64,000 bases of DNA from Squalus acanthias. Lineage: Eukaryota. The position numbers and the translations under genes were made by a program. Location: assembly GCA_030390025.1 (NCBI GenBank), contig CM059431.1:95854001-95918000 (forward strand), in the 5' to 3' direction. This document shows positions 49,401 to 60,892 of this stretch, piece after piece. Numbering within the stretch: the first letter of the stretch is position 1; every line of letters begins with the position of its first letter. The notes under the pieces are model-generated. The model was not told the DNA's origin. It searched no databases and worked only from the letters and a program-made list of their open reading frames with translations.

Positions 49401-51730
49401 GGAGACACCAGCAGCGGAACATAAAACAGCGGGGAAACAGCACCGACCTGATTGGAGACACCAGGAGCGGAACATAAAACAGCGGGGAAACAGCACCGAC
49501 CTGATTGGAGACACCAGCAGCGGAACATAAAACGGCAGGGGAAACAGCACCGACCTGATTGGGAACACCAGGAGCGGAACCTAAAACAGCGGGGAAACAG
49601 CGCCGACCTGATTGGGAACACCAGGAGCGGAAAATAAAACAGCGGGGGAAACAGCACCGACCTGATTGGGAACACCAGGAGCGGAACATAAAACAGCCGG
49701 GGAACAGCGCCGACCTGATTGGAGACACCAGGAGCGGAACATAAAACAGCCGGGGAAACAGCAGCGACCTGATTGGGAACACCAGGAGCGGAACATAAAA
49801 CAGCGGGGGAAACAGCGCCGACCTGATTGGAGACACTAGCAGCGGAACATAAAACAGCGGGGAAACAGCGCCGACCTGATTGGAGACACCAGCGGCGGAA
49901 CATAAAACAGCCGGGGAAACAGCACCGACCTGATTGGAGACACCAGGAGCGGTACATAAAACAGCGGGGGAAACAGCGCTGACCTGATTGGGGACACCAG
50001 GAGCGGAACATAAAACAGCCGGGGAAACAGCACCGACCTGATTGGAGACACCAGTGGCGAAGCATAAAACAGCATGGGAAACAGCACCGACCTGATTGGA
50101 GACACTAGGAGCGGAACATAAAACAGCGGGGGAAACAGCGCCGACCTGATTGGAGACACCAGTGGCGGCCGAACATAAAACAGCGGGGGAAACAGCGCCG
50201 ACCAGATTGGGAACACCAGGAGTGGAACATAAAACAGCGGGGAAATCGCACCGACCTGATTGGAGACACCAGTGGTGGATGAACATAAAACAGCGGGGAA
50301 AATAGCACCGACCTGATTGGAGACACCAGGAGCGGAACATAAAACAGCCGAGGAAACAGCGCCGACCTGATTGGGAACACCAGGAGCAGAACATAAAACA
50401 GCGGGGGAAACTGCGCCGACCTGATTGGAGACACCAGGAGCGGAACATAAAACAGCGGGGGAAACAGCACCGACCTGATTGGAGACACCAGGAGCGGAAC
50501 ATAAAACAGCGGGGGAAACTGCGCCAACCTGACTGGAGACACCAGTGACGGAACATAAAACAGCCGGGGAAACAGCGCCGACCTGATTGGAGACACCAGT
50601 GGCGGAACATAAAACAGCGGGGGAAACAGCGCCGACCTGATTGGAGACACCAGTGGCGGAACATAAAACAGCGGGGGAAACAGCGCCGACCTGATTGGAG
50701 ACACCAGTGGCGGCCGAACATAAAACAGCGGGGGAAACAGCGCCGACCTGATTGGAGGCACTAGTGGCGGCCGAACATAAAACAGCGGGGAAACAGCGCC
50801 GACCTGATTGGAGGCACTAGGAGCGGAACATAAAACCGCGGGGGAAACAGCACCGACCTGATTGGGAACACCAGAAGTGGAACATAAAACAGCGGGGAAA
50901 CAGCACCGACCTGATTGGAGACACCAGCGGTGGAACATAAAACAGCGGGGGAAACAGCGCCGACCTGATTGGAGACACCAGCGGTGGAACATAAAACAGC
51001 GGGGGAAACAGCACCGACCTGATTGGAGACACTAGGAGCGGAACATAAAACAGCGGGGAAACAGCGCCGACCTGATTGGAGACACTAGGAGCGGAACATA
51101 AAACAGCGGGGAAACAGCACCGACCTGATTGGGAACACCAGGAGTGGAACATAAAACAGCGGGGGAAACAGCGCCGACCTGATTGGAGACACCAGTGGTG
51201 GCCGAACATAAAACAGCGGGGAAACAGCGCCGACCTGATTGGAGACACCAGTGGCAGCCGAACATAAAACAACGGGGGAAACAGCGCCTACCTGATTAGA
51301 GACACCAGTGGCGGCCGAACATAAAACAGCGGGGAAACAGCGCCGACCTGATTGGAGACACTAGGAGCGGAACATAGAACAGCGGGGGAAACAGCGCCAA
51401 CCTGATTGGAGACACTAGGAGCGGAACATAAAACAGCGGGGGAAACAGCACCGACCTGATTGGAGACATTAGGAGCGGAACATAAAACAGCGGGGGAAAC
51501 AGCGCTGACCTGATTGGAGACAGCCGCGGCGGAACATAAAACAGCGGGGGAAACAGCGCCGACCTGATTGGAGACACCAGGAGTGGAACATAAAACAGCG
51601 GGGGAAACAGCGCCGACCTGATTGGAGACAGCAGGAGCGGAACATAAAACAGCGGGGGAAACAGCGCCGACCTGATTGGAGACAGCAGGAGAGGCGGAAC
51701 CGTCAATGGTTTATCAAAAAAAACGTATAG

Positions 51731-51771
51731 TGACGTCACAGGACAGCAGGTAGGTGATTGGTTGGTGAGTA
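51731..51771 (+). promoter_or_regulatory. CRE site, inverted CCAAT box and splice-donor-like GTGAGT in the CR1 5'UTR
   Basis: TGACGTCA at 51731-51738, then TGATTGG and GGTGAGT; motif match only. Confidence 0.4.
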
Positions 51772-51946
51772 TTAAGGTTTTTTTTTCTCTCTGACCTAGG
51801 TCAGTGGTTTAACCTAGGAGTGGAACACTATAACGTACTGTATTATATTTATAGCTTAACTAGTTAAACTATTTAATATAACTATAAATAATAATTGAAT
51901 AAAGACTTTAACTAATTAAATAAATAAAATAAGGCTAGACTAATAT

Positions 51947-52880
51947 ATGGCAGGGCAAGTTGTGTGTCTGGACTGCAGTATGTGGGAGTTTGTGGACAGC
52001 GAGACTGTCCCGGGCGAACACGTCTGCAGGAGATGTCTCCGTCTCGAATCTCTCCGGCTCAGAGTCACTGAGCTGGTGTGAGAGTTGGAGACACTCCGAC
52101 ACATAAGGGAGGGAGAGCAATTCCTGGACAGTTTTATCCACAATACAGTCACACCCTAGAGGAAAGCACAGGTTCAGGAATGGAAGGGTGTGACTGTTAG
52201 GGAGACGGGTAGCGGGGATTTAGGAGAGGTTGAGAAGGAGGTCCCGCAGACACTGGTCCTGTCCAACAGGTACGATGTACTCGCTACCTGTGAGGACAAG
52301 GAGAAAGACTGCAGGGAGGATAGCCATAATGCAGACCAAGGCAATGTGGCTCAGAAGGCTGTTCAAGGGGTGGGCAGAGCAGAATAGAAATGTGGTAGTG
52401 ATAGGGGACTCTATAATTAGGGGGATAGATAGCGTCCTCTGCAGCCAAGAATGAGAATCCCGAAGGGTATGTTGCCTACCTGTTGTCAGGGTAAGGGATA
52501 TCTCACGATGGCTGGAGAGGAACTTGGAAAGGGAGGGGGTATAACCAATTGTCATGGTCCATGTTGGAACAAACGACATAGGTAGGAACAGGAGGTCCTG
52601 CTGAAAGAGTTTCAGGAGTTAGGCTCTTAATTAAAAAGCAGGACCTCGAGGGTAATAATCTCTGCATTGTTGCCCGAGCCACGTGCAAATTGGCAGGAGA
52701 ATTAACACGTGGCTAAAGGCCTGGTGTGGGAAAGAGGGGTTCCTTTTCATGGGACACTGGCACCAGTTCTGGGACAGGAAGGAGCTGTACCGATGGGACA
52801 GGCTCCACCTGAATCGGGATGGGACCCGTGTCCTATCGGAAAGGGTAAATAGGGAGATGTCAAAGGCTTTAAACTCGTAA
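51947..52880 (+). pseudogene. CR1 ORF1 (zinc finger/coiled coil plus SGNH esterase-like domain)
   Basis: ATG 51947: MAGQVVCLDCSMWEF...HVCRRC..L..L; LSNRYDVL; VVVIGDSIIRGID; HVGTND; D.LHLNRDG; several stops and frameshifts. Confidence 0.88.
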
Positions 52881-55116
52881 GAAGGTGGGAGGGAAACGTA
52901 AGCAGCCTAAATATAAACAAAACAGGAAAAGTGAGCATACGAAAGAATAAAGTAAGGGAGGACATTGATGGCAAGGGAGCAAATAGAGTTATAGAACAGG
53001 AGTCTAAAAAGATGGTTAAACATAAAGTGAGAGGAAATCCTATTAAAAATGAGTTAAACTGTCTGTAGAGCAATGCACCAGTGTCAGTAATAAAACAGGG
53101 GAGTTGGAGGCAATCATGCATTGGGAGGAACTAGACATAGTAGGGATTACTGAGACATGGCTACAGATAAATCAGGACTGGGAATTAAACATTGCAGGAT
53201 ATAACATATTTAGAAAAGATAGAGAGGGAGAAAGGGGAGGTGGAGTAGCTGTACTTATTAGGGATAACATAATGGCAGTGGGAAAAAAGGAACGTAGGTC
53301 TCAGTAAGACAAAAATAGAATCCATATGGATAGAGATAAAAGATGATGAATGATCAATCACACTAATAGGCGTAGTCTACAGACCACCTAATAGTAAAAG
53401 GGAGGTGGAGGAAGAAATAGACAAACAAATTAGGGAAATGAGTAAAAAACATAGAATAATAATCATGGGGGATTTCAACTACCCTGATATTAATTGGACA
53501 GAAGAGGTAGGTAAAGGGGATAAGGGAATGGAGTTCCTACAATGTCTACAGGATTCCTTTCTCACCCAATATGTAAAAAGTCCAAGGGAGGATTCGCTAT
53601 TGGATCTAGTTATGGGGAATGAGCCAGAGCAGATAAGAGACATATAGGCAATAGTGACCATAATATAATACGCTTTAAGATGATAATTGAGAAGGACATA
53701 AGAATGACAAAAACCAGGTTAATAGATTGGAGAAAAGCTGATTTTGAGTGGCTGAGAATAGAACTTGGGAAGATAAAATGGGCAACAATATTGGCAAACA
53801 ACGATGTAGAATGGCAATGGGAAAACATTTTAAATGGTGTTCAACAGAGTGCAGGAAAAATATATTCCACTAAAAGGAAAGAACAAACTAAACACTAATG
53901 AGACTCCATGGATGAATAAAGACATAAGGGAACAATTGAGGGTAAGGAAAGAGGCATACATTAAGTACATAGCATGATAAGAGAGAATACGAAGGGATTA
54001 GGAGAGAAGTCAAAAAACAATTAGGAAGGCAAAGAGTAACTATGAAATTAAATTATCAAGGAACATAAAACAAAATAGTAAAATATTTTATAGGCACATC
54101 AATAAAAAAAGGAATGTTGGGATGGGAATAGGACCATTAAGGGATAGACAGGACAATACCACAGGTAATGATAGGGAGATGGCAGAAATATTAAATCATT
54201 ATTTTGCTTCGGTATTTACCAGGAAGATAGAACAGGTGGACATGACATTGGATGATGAGATGAGTAATGAGATAAGTGCATTTAAAATAAAAAAGGGGAT
54301 ATATTAAATAAATTAATCAAACTCAAGGAGGATAAAACCCCTGGTCCGGATGGATTGCATCCATGCATTTTAAAAGAATCTTGGGAAGCGATAGCAGAGG
54401 CATTACTACACATATTTAATAATTCGTTAGAAAAAGGTGTAGTGCCGGAGGACTGGCGGACAGCTAACGTAATACCTATATTTAAGAAGGGGGATAGAAC
54501 ATGTCCAGGGAATTATAGACCAGTCAGCTTAACATTGGTGGTTGGAAAAATAATGGAATCCCTACTAAAGGAGAGAATGGAAGAACATCCAGAAACAAAA
54601 AGTATAATAATAAATAGTCAGCATGGATTTCAAAAGGGAAAATCTTGCTTGACCAACCTTATTGAATTTTTTGAAGAGGTAACAGAGAGAGTAGACAATG
54701 GTAATGCAGTAGATGTAAATTATCTAGATTTTCAAAAGGCCTTCGAGAAGGTACCCCATAATAGACTAATGAATAAGTTCAGAGAATGCGGAGTCAGGGG
54801 ATAAGCAGCAGAATGGATTGCTAGCTGGCTACAAGACAGAAAGCAGAGAGTACAAGGGGCAATTTTCCCATTGGAGGTGGGTTGGAAGCGGGTTTCGGTT
54901 TGGGTGGGTTCCAAAACCGCCTCCACTGTCAGGTGGGAATAATTTGTGCTTTTCCCCTAATTGGCCAGTTAATTTCAGAGATGTGGGTTCCCCTGGGCCA
55001 ATTAGTCTGCTGACATCACTTATCCAGCTTCATTTAAGGGCTGCTTGCTGCCTTGGTTCATTCCACTGGTATTTGGTCGATGCTGCACCACCTCCAAACT
55101 TTTATCTCCTTGAAGA

Positions 55117-55305
55117 ATGGCCAGCTCCAAAGCAAGGGCCTCCCCGAGGTTCTCGGACAAGGCGCTGGGTATGCTGGTTGAGGGGGCGAGAGCTAGCAGG
55201 GAGGTGCTCTTCCCCTCATCTGGGAGGAAGAGGCCTCCCAAAGAAACTAAGGCTGTGTGGGTCCAGCTGGCAAGGGATATAACCTCCAGATCTGTGTGCA
55301 GATTG
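55117..55305 (+). pseudogene. Truncated Harbinger Myb/SANT-like gene (exon 1 fragment)
   Basis: ASPRFSDKALGMLVEG...EVLFP...W.QLA.DITSRS aligns by eye to exon 1 at 18834. Confidence 0.75.
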
Positions 55306-55498
55306 GGTAATTGTTTCTGTTTATTGATGAAATGCCATCCTTGTGTGAATGTATTAAAATTAGGTGATGGCAAACTGTTGGCATGATGGCATCTGTTATT
55401 TCGGCTTAGGCAGCTCCATATTGCGGGCTCCGCGACACTTGCGTGGTCAGGTTGGTGGTCAGAGTGAAAGGAGGCCAGAGAGTCATGTCCATTGTCTA

Positions 55499-56748
55499 TC
55501 ATGTGTTAAGAAGGAGCCAAGCACATGTGCCACAATGGGCAACCTCGGCAAATCTGTCCAGGATGAGTGCATCCCTTGCATCACAGGCAGCCATGTGCTC
55601 GTGTGCTGCCGCTGCTGCTGGTAGATATGCAGCCGCTCGATCCTCCTCCTCTTCCTCCTCATCTGAGGAGGCTATGAACTGAGCCACTTGCTCATCAGGA
55701 AGCTGCAAGCCACGATGCTGTGCCATGTTTTGCAGTGCACAGCAGACCATGACCATTCTGGAGACCCTGGCTGTTGAATACTGCAGGGCTCCACCTGATC
55801 TGTCAAGGCATTGGAATCACATCCTCAGCAAGCCAATGGTTTGCTCGATGATGGACCTGGTCAAAATGTGGCTGGTGTTATAGCACTCTTCAGCCTCGTT
55901 AGCTGGCCTCCTGATCGGCGTCATTAGCCACTTCTTCAGGGGGTAGCCTTTGTCACCAAGGAGCCATCTGTTAAGTTGGTTTGGCAGATTGAAGAGCGGA
56001 GGAACACTAGAGTTCCACAGGATGAACGAGTCATCTTGGTGCAAACATGCAAAATCTCCTTCTTGTGGTTACACACCAGCTGTATGTTCAGGGAGTGGAA
56101 GCCCTTGCGGTTGACAAAGATAGCTGGGTTGTGATGGGGTGCCCTAAGGGCCACATGTGTGCAGTCTATGACGCCCTGCACCATTGGCAAGCCTGCCATA
56201 TTTGCAAAGCCAACTGAATACGCAGTTATACTTGCTTGATCCCTTGAGAAGTGGATGTAATTGTGCACTTTTGCGAAAAGGACATCGGTAACCTGCGTGA
56301 TGCAACTGTGGGCGGCCGACTGGGAGATGCCGCTGATGTCTGCTGATGATCCCTGGAAGGTGCCTGAGGTAAAAAATGTTGAGTGCGGTGGTGACTTTGA
56401 CAACCACTGGTAAGGGGTGTCCACCCGCTCCTCTGGGCTCCAGGTGTTGGTGCAGCAGTGCGCAGATGTCTCCGACAACCTCTCGCGAAAGTCTCAGCCT
56501 CCTTTGGCACTGCTGCTCACTCATGTTGAGGTAGCTCATCCTCTGTCTGTAAACCCTGAGAGGGGGTATCTCCTGCGGCGACGTGCTTCCATGCGCTGGC
56601 GCCTTCTGCCCTGTGCAGCATCAGGTGGGTGAGCAGGAGGTTGGGGCTCCTGCTGCTGTTGCTGCTGGGCTGCCTGATTCTGCTGCTGCCATGGCTGCTC
56701 CTCATCCGAATCTGAGGTCCATGATGAAAGGAAATAAATGGTTCCCAT
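55499..56748 (-). pseudogene. Frameshifted Harbinger transposase
   Basis: Pieces in different frames: [52 protein letters not shown], acidic tail. Confidence 0.9.
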
Positions 56749-58687
56749 GCTGCTGGCAGATACCTCCGTTGGGGAAGCGCTCAGTCCAAGCAGGAGAGGG
56801 TCTTCCAAGGAGGTCTCACAGTTGAGAGATAGAAGCTGCAACACCTCCGACTTCTGTAGGCCTGCTAAAAGTGCTGAAAGACCTGTGGAACAAAAGTTCT
56901 GCCAACTGCAACTGCTCCCTGGTGAAAGCTCCGTTTTAATGGTGGAGCTGCAGCTGTGAGGAGGACACCCACTTGTCAACCCGCCAGGATTAGCTGGCGT
57001 GGTTTAGGAGGGTCGTGCAAAACGCACAAAATGTGGCAAAATAACAAAGGCCTGTCAAAATAGGATTATAGAGGCCCTTAACGACAACTTAAGGGTCTTA
57101 ACTACCTCTCCCAACTGAATTGCACCCATGAAACCTGCCTCCGGCAAAAATGCGCGGAGGCGGGTTCCGAACCCACCCTCATTTTTTGCGATTTTGCCAA
57201 CTGTCCCACCTCCAAACCCACCTCCTTGGCGCTGGGAAAATCGCCCCCTTGGAGTAAAGGGTAGCTATTCACAGTGGCAGAAAGTGGGTAGTGGTGTTCC
57301 ACAAGGATCAGTGCTGGGACCACTGCTGTTCACAACTTACATTAATGATTTAGACTTTGGAATCAAAAACACAATTTCTAAATTTGTGGATGATACCAAA
57401 TTGGGGGGGATAGTCAATACTGAGGAGGACTGCAACAAATTAAAGGAGGACATTAATAAACTTGCAGAATGGGCAAATAATTGGCAAATGAAGTTCAACA
57501 CAGACAAATGTGAGGTATTACATTTTGGTTGGAAGAATAGGGAGGTCACTTATCACTTGGAGGGTGCGAGTCCAGGTGGGGTAGAGGAACAAAGGGATCT
57601 TGGAGTAAAAATGCATAAATCACTAAAAGTTGCGCCACAGGTTAGCAAGGCCATAAAAAAATGAAAACCAAGCACTAGGGTTTATTTCTAAAGGGATAGA
57701 ATTGAAAAGTAGGGAAGTTATGCTAAACCTGTATCGAACCATGGTTAGACCACACTTAGAGTACTGCGTGCAGTTCTGGTCGCCATATTATAAAAAGGAT
57801 ATCGAGGCACTGGAGAGGGTGCAGAGAAGATTTACAAGGATGATACCAGAAATGCGAGGATATACATATCAGGAAAGGATGATCAGGCTGGGTCTCTTTT
57901 CTCTTGAAAAAAGAAGGCTGAGGGTGACCTAATTGAGGTCTTTAAAATTATGAAAGGTTTTGATAGAATGGATACAGAGAGAATGTTTCCACTTGTGGGG
58001 AAGAGTATAACTAGAGGCCATCAATATAAGATAGTCACCAAGAAATCCAATAGGGAATTCAGAAGAAATTTCTTTACCCAAAGAGTGGTGAGAATGTGGA
58101 ACTCGCTACCATAGGGAGTGGTTGAAGCAAATAGTATAGATGCATTTAAGGGGAGGCTGGACAAACATATGAGGTGGAAGGGAATAGAGGGTTACGCTGA
58201 TAGATTTAGATGAGGAAAGACGGGAGGAGGCTCGAGTGGAGCATAAACGCCGGCATGGACTGGTTGGGCCGAATGACCTGTTTCTGTGCCGTATATCCTA
58301 TGTAATTTGTTCCGCTATCCATTGTTTTTTTGCCAGCCCCTTCTTTCCCTTTTGTGCAGCCTTTGAAAAGGCTAAAAACGCATTCAAAATATTTGTAACA
58401 TTTAGACCCATTGAAGAATTCTTCCCTTTAAGCATTGGCTGCAATCCTTTAAGTATGACAGCTGCAGTTTCCTGTCTGCCTCCTTTGGTAAGGTACTTAA
58501 ATGAGCTGACTTCAGAAGATCCCATGAGATCAGCCTCTGTCAGAGCTGTCACTCCGATCCAACCGATCGCCTCAGCACTAGGATTGGAAAACCTACCATA
58601 ATATGGTCAATGGGTGAAGAAGGACTTAGTATGGAGCCATTAAGCATAAGGGGAAGCAGCTAGCAAGGCTTCCCAAATTAAGTCAAT

Positions 58688-60337
58688 GAGGCAGAAATTC
58701 CGTTCCCTACGGGTGTGTACGCGCTGTGTACTCACCAGTCGAGCCAACGGAAATGCCGGTTTTAGGCATGCACTGCGTATGCGCTGGAAACCAGCATTTC
58801 CGATCTGTCAAGAAAGCTCTTGACAGATCCTCCGGCTGCCCGGGAGCAGGGCCTCTGCGGGTGGAGAGTTCCGTTTTTTGGAGGCCCTCCGCCCGCAGAA
58901 AACACTTACAATTCTTGTGCCTGGTAAAAGCAGGCGTAAGGCCTGCTTTTACCAGGATAAGAGTTGAAAAAAGTTTTTTAAAAAATTTCCACTGATTTAT
59001 ATTTAAAAATACTTTAAAGAAAGGTAAGTTTATTTTTAGCCCTGTTAAAAACTTTAATTATTTTTTTCAAAAAATAAAATTTTTGTTTAAAATACTTAAT
59101 TTATTTTAATTTAAAGTCTTTTTAAAAATGTGATTTTTTTAAAAATTTATTTAGGGGGAGAAATTCAGTATCGCCCCATTGGGGGCGCAATTATCGGCCG
59201 GGCGCAAAGATTAACGCCTGGCACTAATTATCGCCACCGACTGCAAACTTGACTTTTATCGCCCCTGGAGGTGATTGGAGCGCTAAATCAGACGCTTCAC
59301 TCCTGTCTTAAGGCGCAAAGGCCGAGGAGCGAGGCGCTACCTCAGAGCGCTGGCGAAGCTCATGTAATGTCAGTCAGCAATGGAACACACACACAATGGC
59401 ACGGGCCAGTTCTTAAAGGGGATGGTTAATCTCACTTTCCATCCACATCCTGCTAATTGCAGCCTTGAATCTCGGCCTGGAGAGACCTGCACATCAAATC
59501 TGCTGGAAAGAACAATGGAGAGTACCAGGCAAAGAGCTCAGAGTGCAGCCCCACAGTCTCTTCTAAATCGATACAAGGAATCGCAAATCAAAATGAACCT
59601 GCAAAGTGCTGCTCAGTACCCAAAACTCCTTCACACAACGTTGAAACTCTCCAGAAGTCTCTCTCTCTCTCTCTCAGAATGCGTAGTTCAAAAATGGCAC
59701 CAACAATAAAAGGCAGGAAGCGGTGACCTTTAAATAGCGCTCCCCCTTTCCCTTCATGACTGCAGAACGCTCCACTCAAACTGTTGTTGCTAGCGTCAGG
59801 CGGTAAGGCAGGGGGCGCCACTCAATATCCGCTCCGGGGCGATACCGGGGCGTTGCGCACTCGACTGACGTCACGATCTGCCGGCGCAGGAGATCGTGGT
59901 GGTAGTGTTTAGCGCCGCCGCAAAATGTCTAGTTAATTTCGCGAGCGGTGCAAACTTTGCCGCGCCTGGGCGCTAGATGCTTTGCGCCCCATTAGCGCCC
60001 TCTTAAGGCGCTAACGGGAGGCGCAACCAACTGAATTTTTCCCCCTTAATGTTTTCCTATGTTTTGGGGGTGATCTCTATTCATATATTTGACAGGTCTT
60101 CCTGTCAAATGTATGAAGGGAGATTCCCTTCTCTGATTGGCTCCCCATGGCCCACGTGATCCCAGGGACGCTGCAAACCGCCTGCGCCCCTGGGATATGT
60201 TGGCCCTGCACACCGGCAGTTTGGAGAGGCCCAGCAACGGAACTCTGCCCCTCCCGGGAGCCCTCCAGTCTTGGCGCAGATCTTTCCGGATCGCAGCCCT
60301 CCGCCCGCGGGAGGCCTGCGATCGGAATTTCTAATGC
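58688..60337. mobile_element. Harbinger-like MITE with AT-rich centre, host of the nested MITE at 59154-60045
   Basis: Ends GAGGCAGAAATTCCG / CGGAATTTCTAATGC; TSD AAT (58685-58687, 60338-60340); interior motifs shared with 10270-11009. Confidence 0.75.
59154..60045 (+). mobile_element. Harbinger MITE family A (independent copy outside the array, 892 bp)
   Basis: TIRs GGGGGAGAAATTCAG / CTGAATTTTTCCCCC; TSD TTA (59151-59153, 60046-60048). Confidence 0.95.
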
Positions 60338-60892
60338 AATTTCTTGATCAAGCTGCCAACTGATATGCAACAATGACAGAAGACAGCATGGCCACATTTT
60401 CCTCTCCCTCACCTGGAGGACTGAAAAAGTTCCCCAAATGGGAAGTCTGTGTGAATATCAGCCAAGACTGAAACGGCAACTCTGGTTTTCTGTGGTGGGT
60501 CCAGCGCTTTCAGCTATTAGAATTAATATTTTTTAAGAAAGTGATTAAATTTTTTATAAATTCATCCTTTAACAAGAGAGCCCTAAGTGTTCAGTGGATC
60601 AGGTGGGTTGACTATTAATCAATGAAGATGGACAATGAGGTTATAACAGAAAATGAAATTGCAGCTTAAACATATTGCTCTTCATTAACCTGAGCTGGAT
60701 ACCATCTATTATCTGCACTGACAGCTCAAATTAGCACTACTAATGCTAGAGCCAACACCTTTGAGACTGCCGGGAAAAGTTTTCTGATTCGGTGTTCCCA
60801 GTGATGGGCTTTAGGCAACATGAGCACATATCAGGCATAGCGATCAATAGACACTGACTCGCTTGTACAATTTTTTGTCAGTTGGAATGAAC

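Larger units (their letters stand above)
11566..51700 (+). repeat. 54-bp tandem satellite array (roughly 570 monomers; 53- and 57-bp variants) with higher-order structure
   Basis: Consensus ACCTGATTGGAGACACCAGGAGCGGAACATAAAACAGCGGGGGAAACAGCACCG, head-to-tail throughout and interrupted only by Harbinger elements; copy number estimated from length. Confidence 0.98.
54856..57247. mobile_element. Second, defective Harbinger transposon (different family) inserted in CR1 ORF2
   Basis: TIRs GGGGCAATTTTCCCA / TGGGAAAATCGCCCC; truncated Myb gene (+) and frameshifted transposase (-); CR1 RT resumes after it; TSD not resolved. Confidence 0.88.
53050..58201 (+). pseudogene. CR1 ORF2 (APE endonuclease plus reverse transcriptase), disrupted
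   Basis: DIVGITETWL, GGGVAV, YRPP, MGDFNYPDINW, LDLV, SDH, NYRPVSLT, YLDFQKAF, GVPQGSVLGP, KFVDDTK, RPHLEYCVQFW. Confidence 0.92.
51701..58306 (+). mobile_element. Full-length but decayed CR1 LINE (5'UTR, ORF1, ORF2, 3' tail), interrupted by the Harbinger at 54856-57247
   Basis: In order: 5'UTR, zinc-finger plus esterase ORF1, APE endonuclease, RT and 3' tail gggccgaatgacctgtttctgtgccgta. Confidence 0.93.

Noticed and set aside
11566..51700. CRISPR-like look (constant repeat plus variable segment)
   Set aside because: Variable parts are short related alleles reused many times, not unique spacers; no cas genes; eukaryotic context
11566..51700. G-quadruplex array
   Set aside because: Usually one G4-5 run per 54 bp; loops are too long for canonical G4
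11434..51739. Very long ORFs (up to 1473 aa) over the array
   Set aside because: 54 bp is 18 codons with few minus-strand stops; frames switch at 53-bp monomers and several frames are open at once, so these are repeat artefacts
58298..58690. Short ORFs downstream of the CR1 tail, and a TSD linking 11565 to 58307
   Set aside because: No recognisable motifs and no convincing direct repeat found
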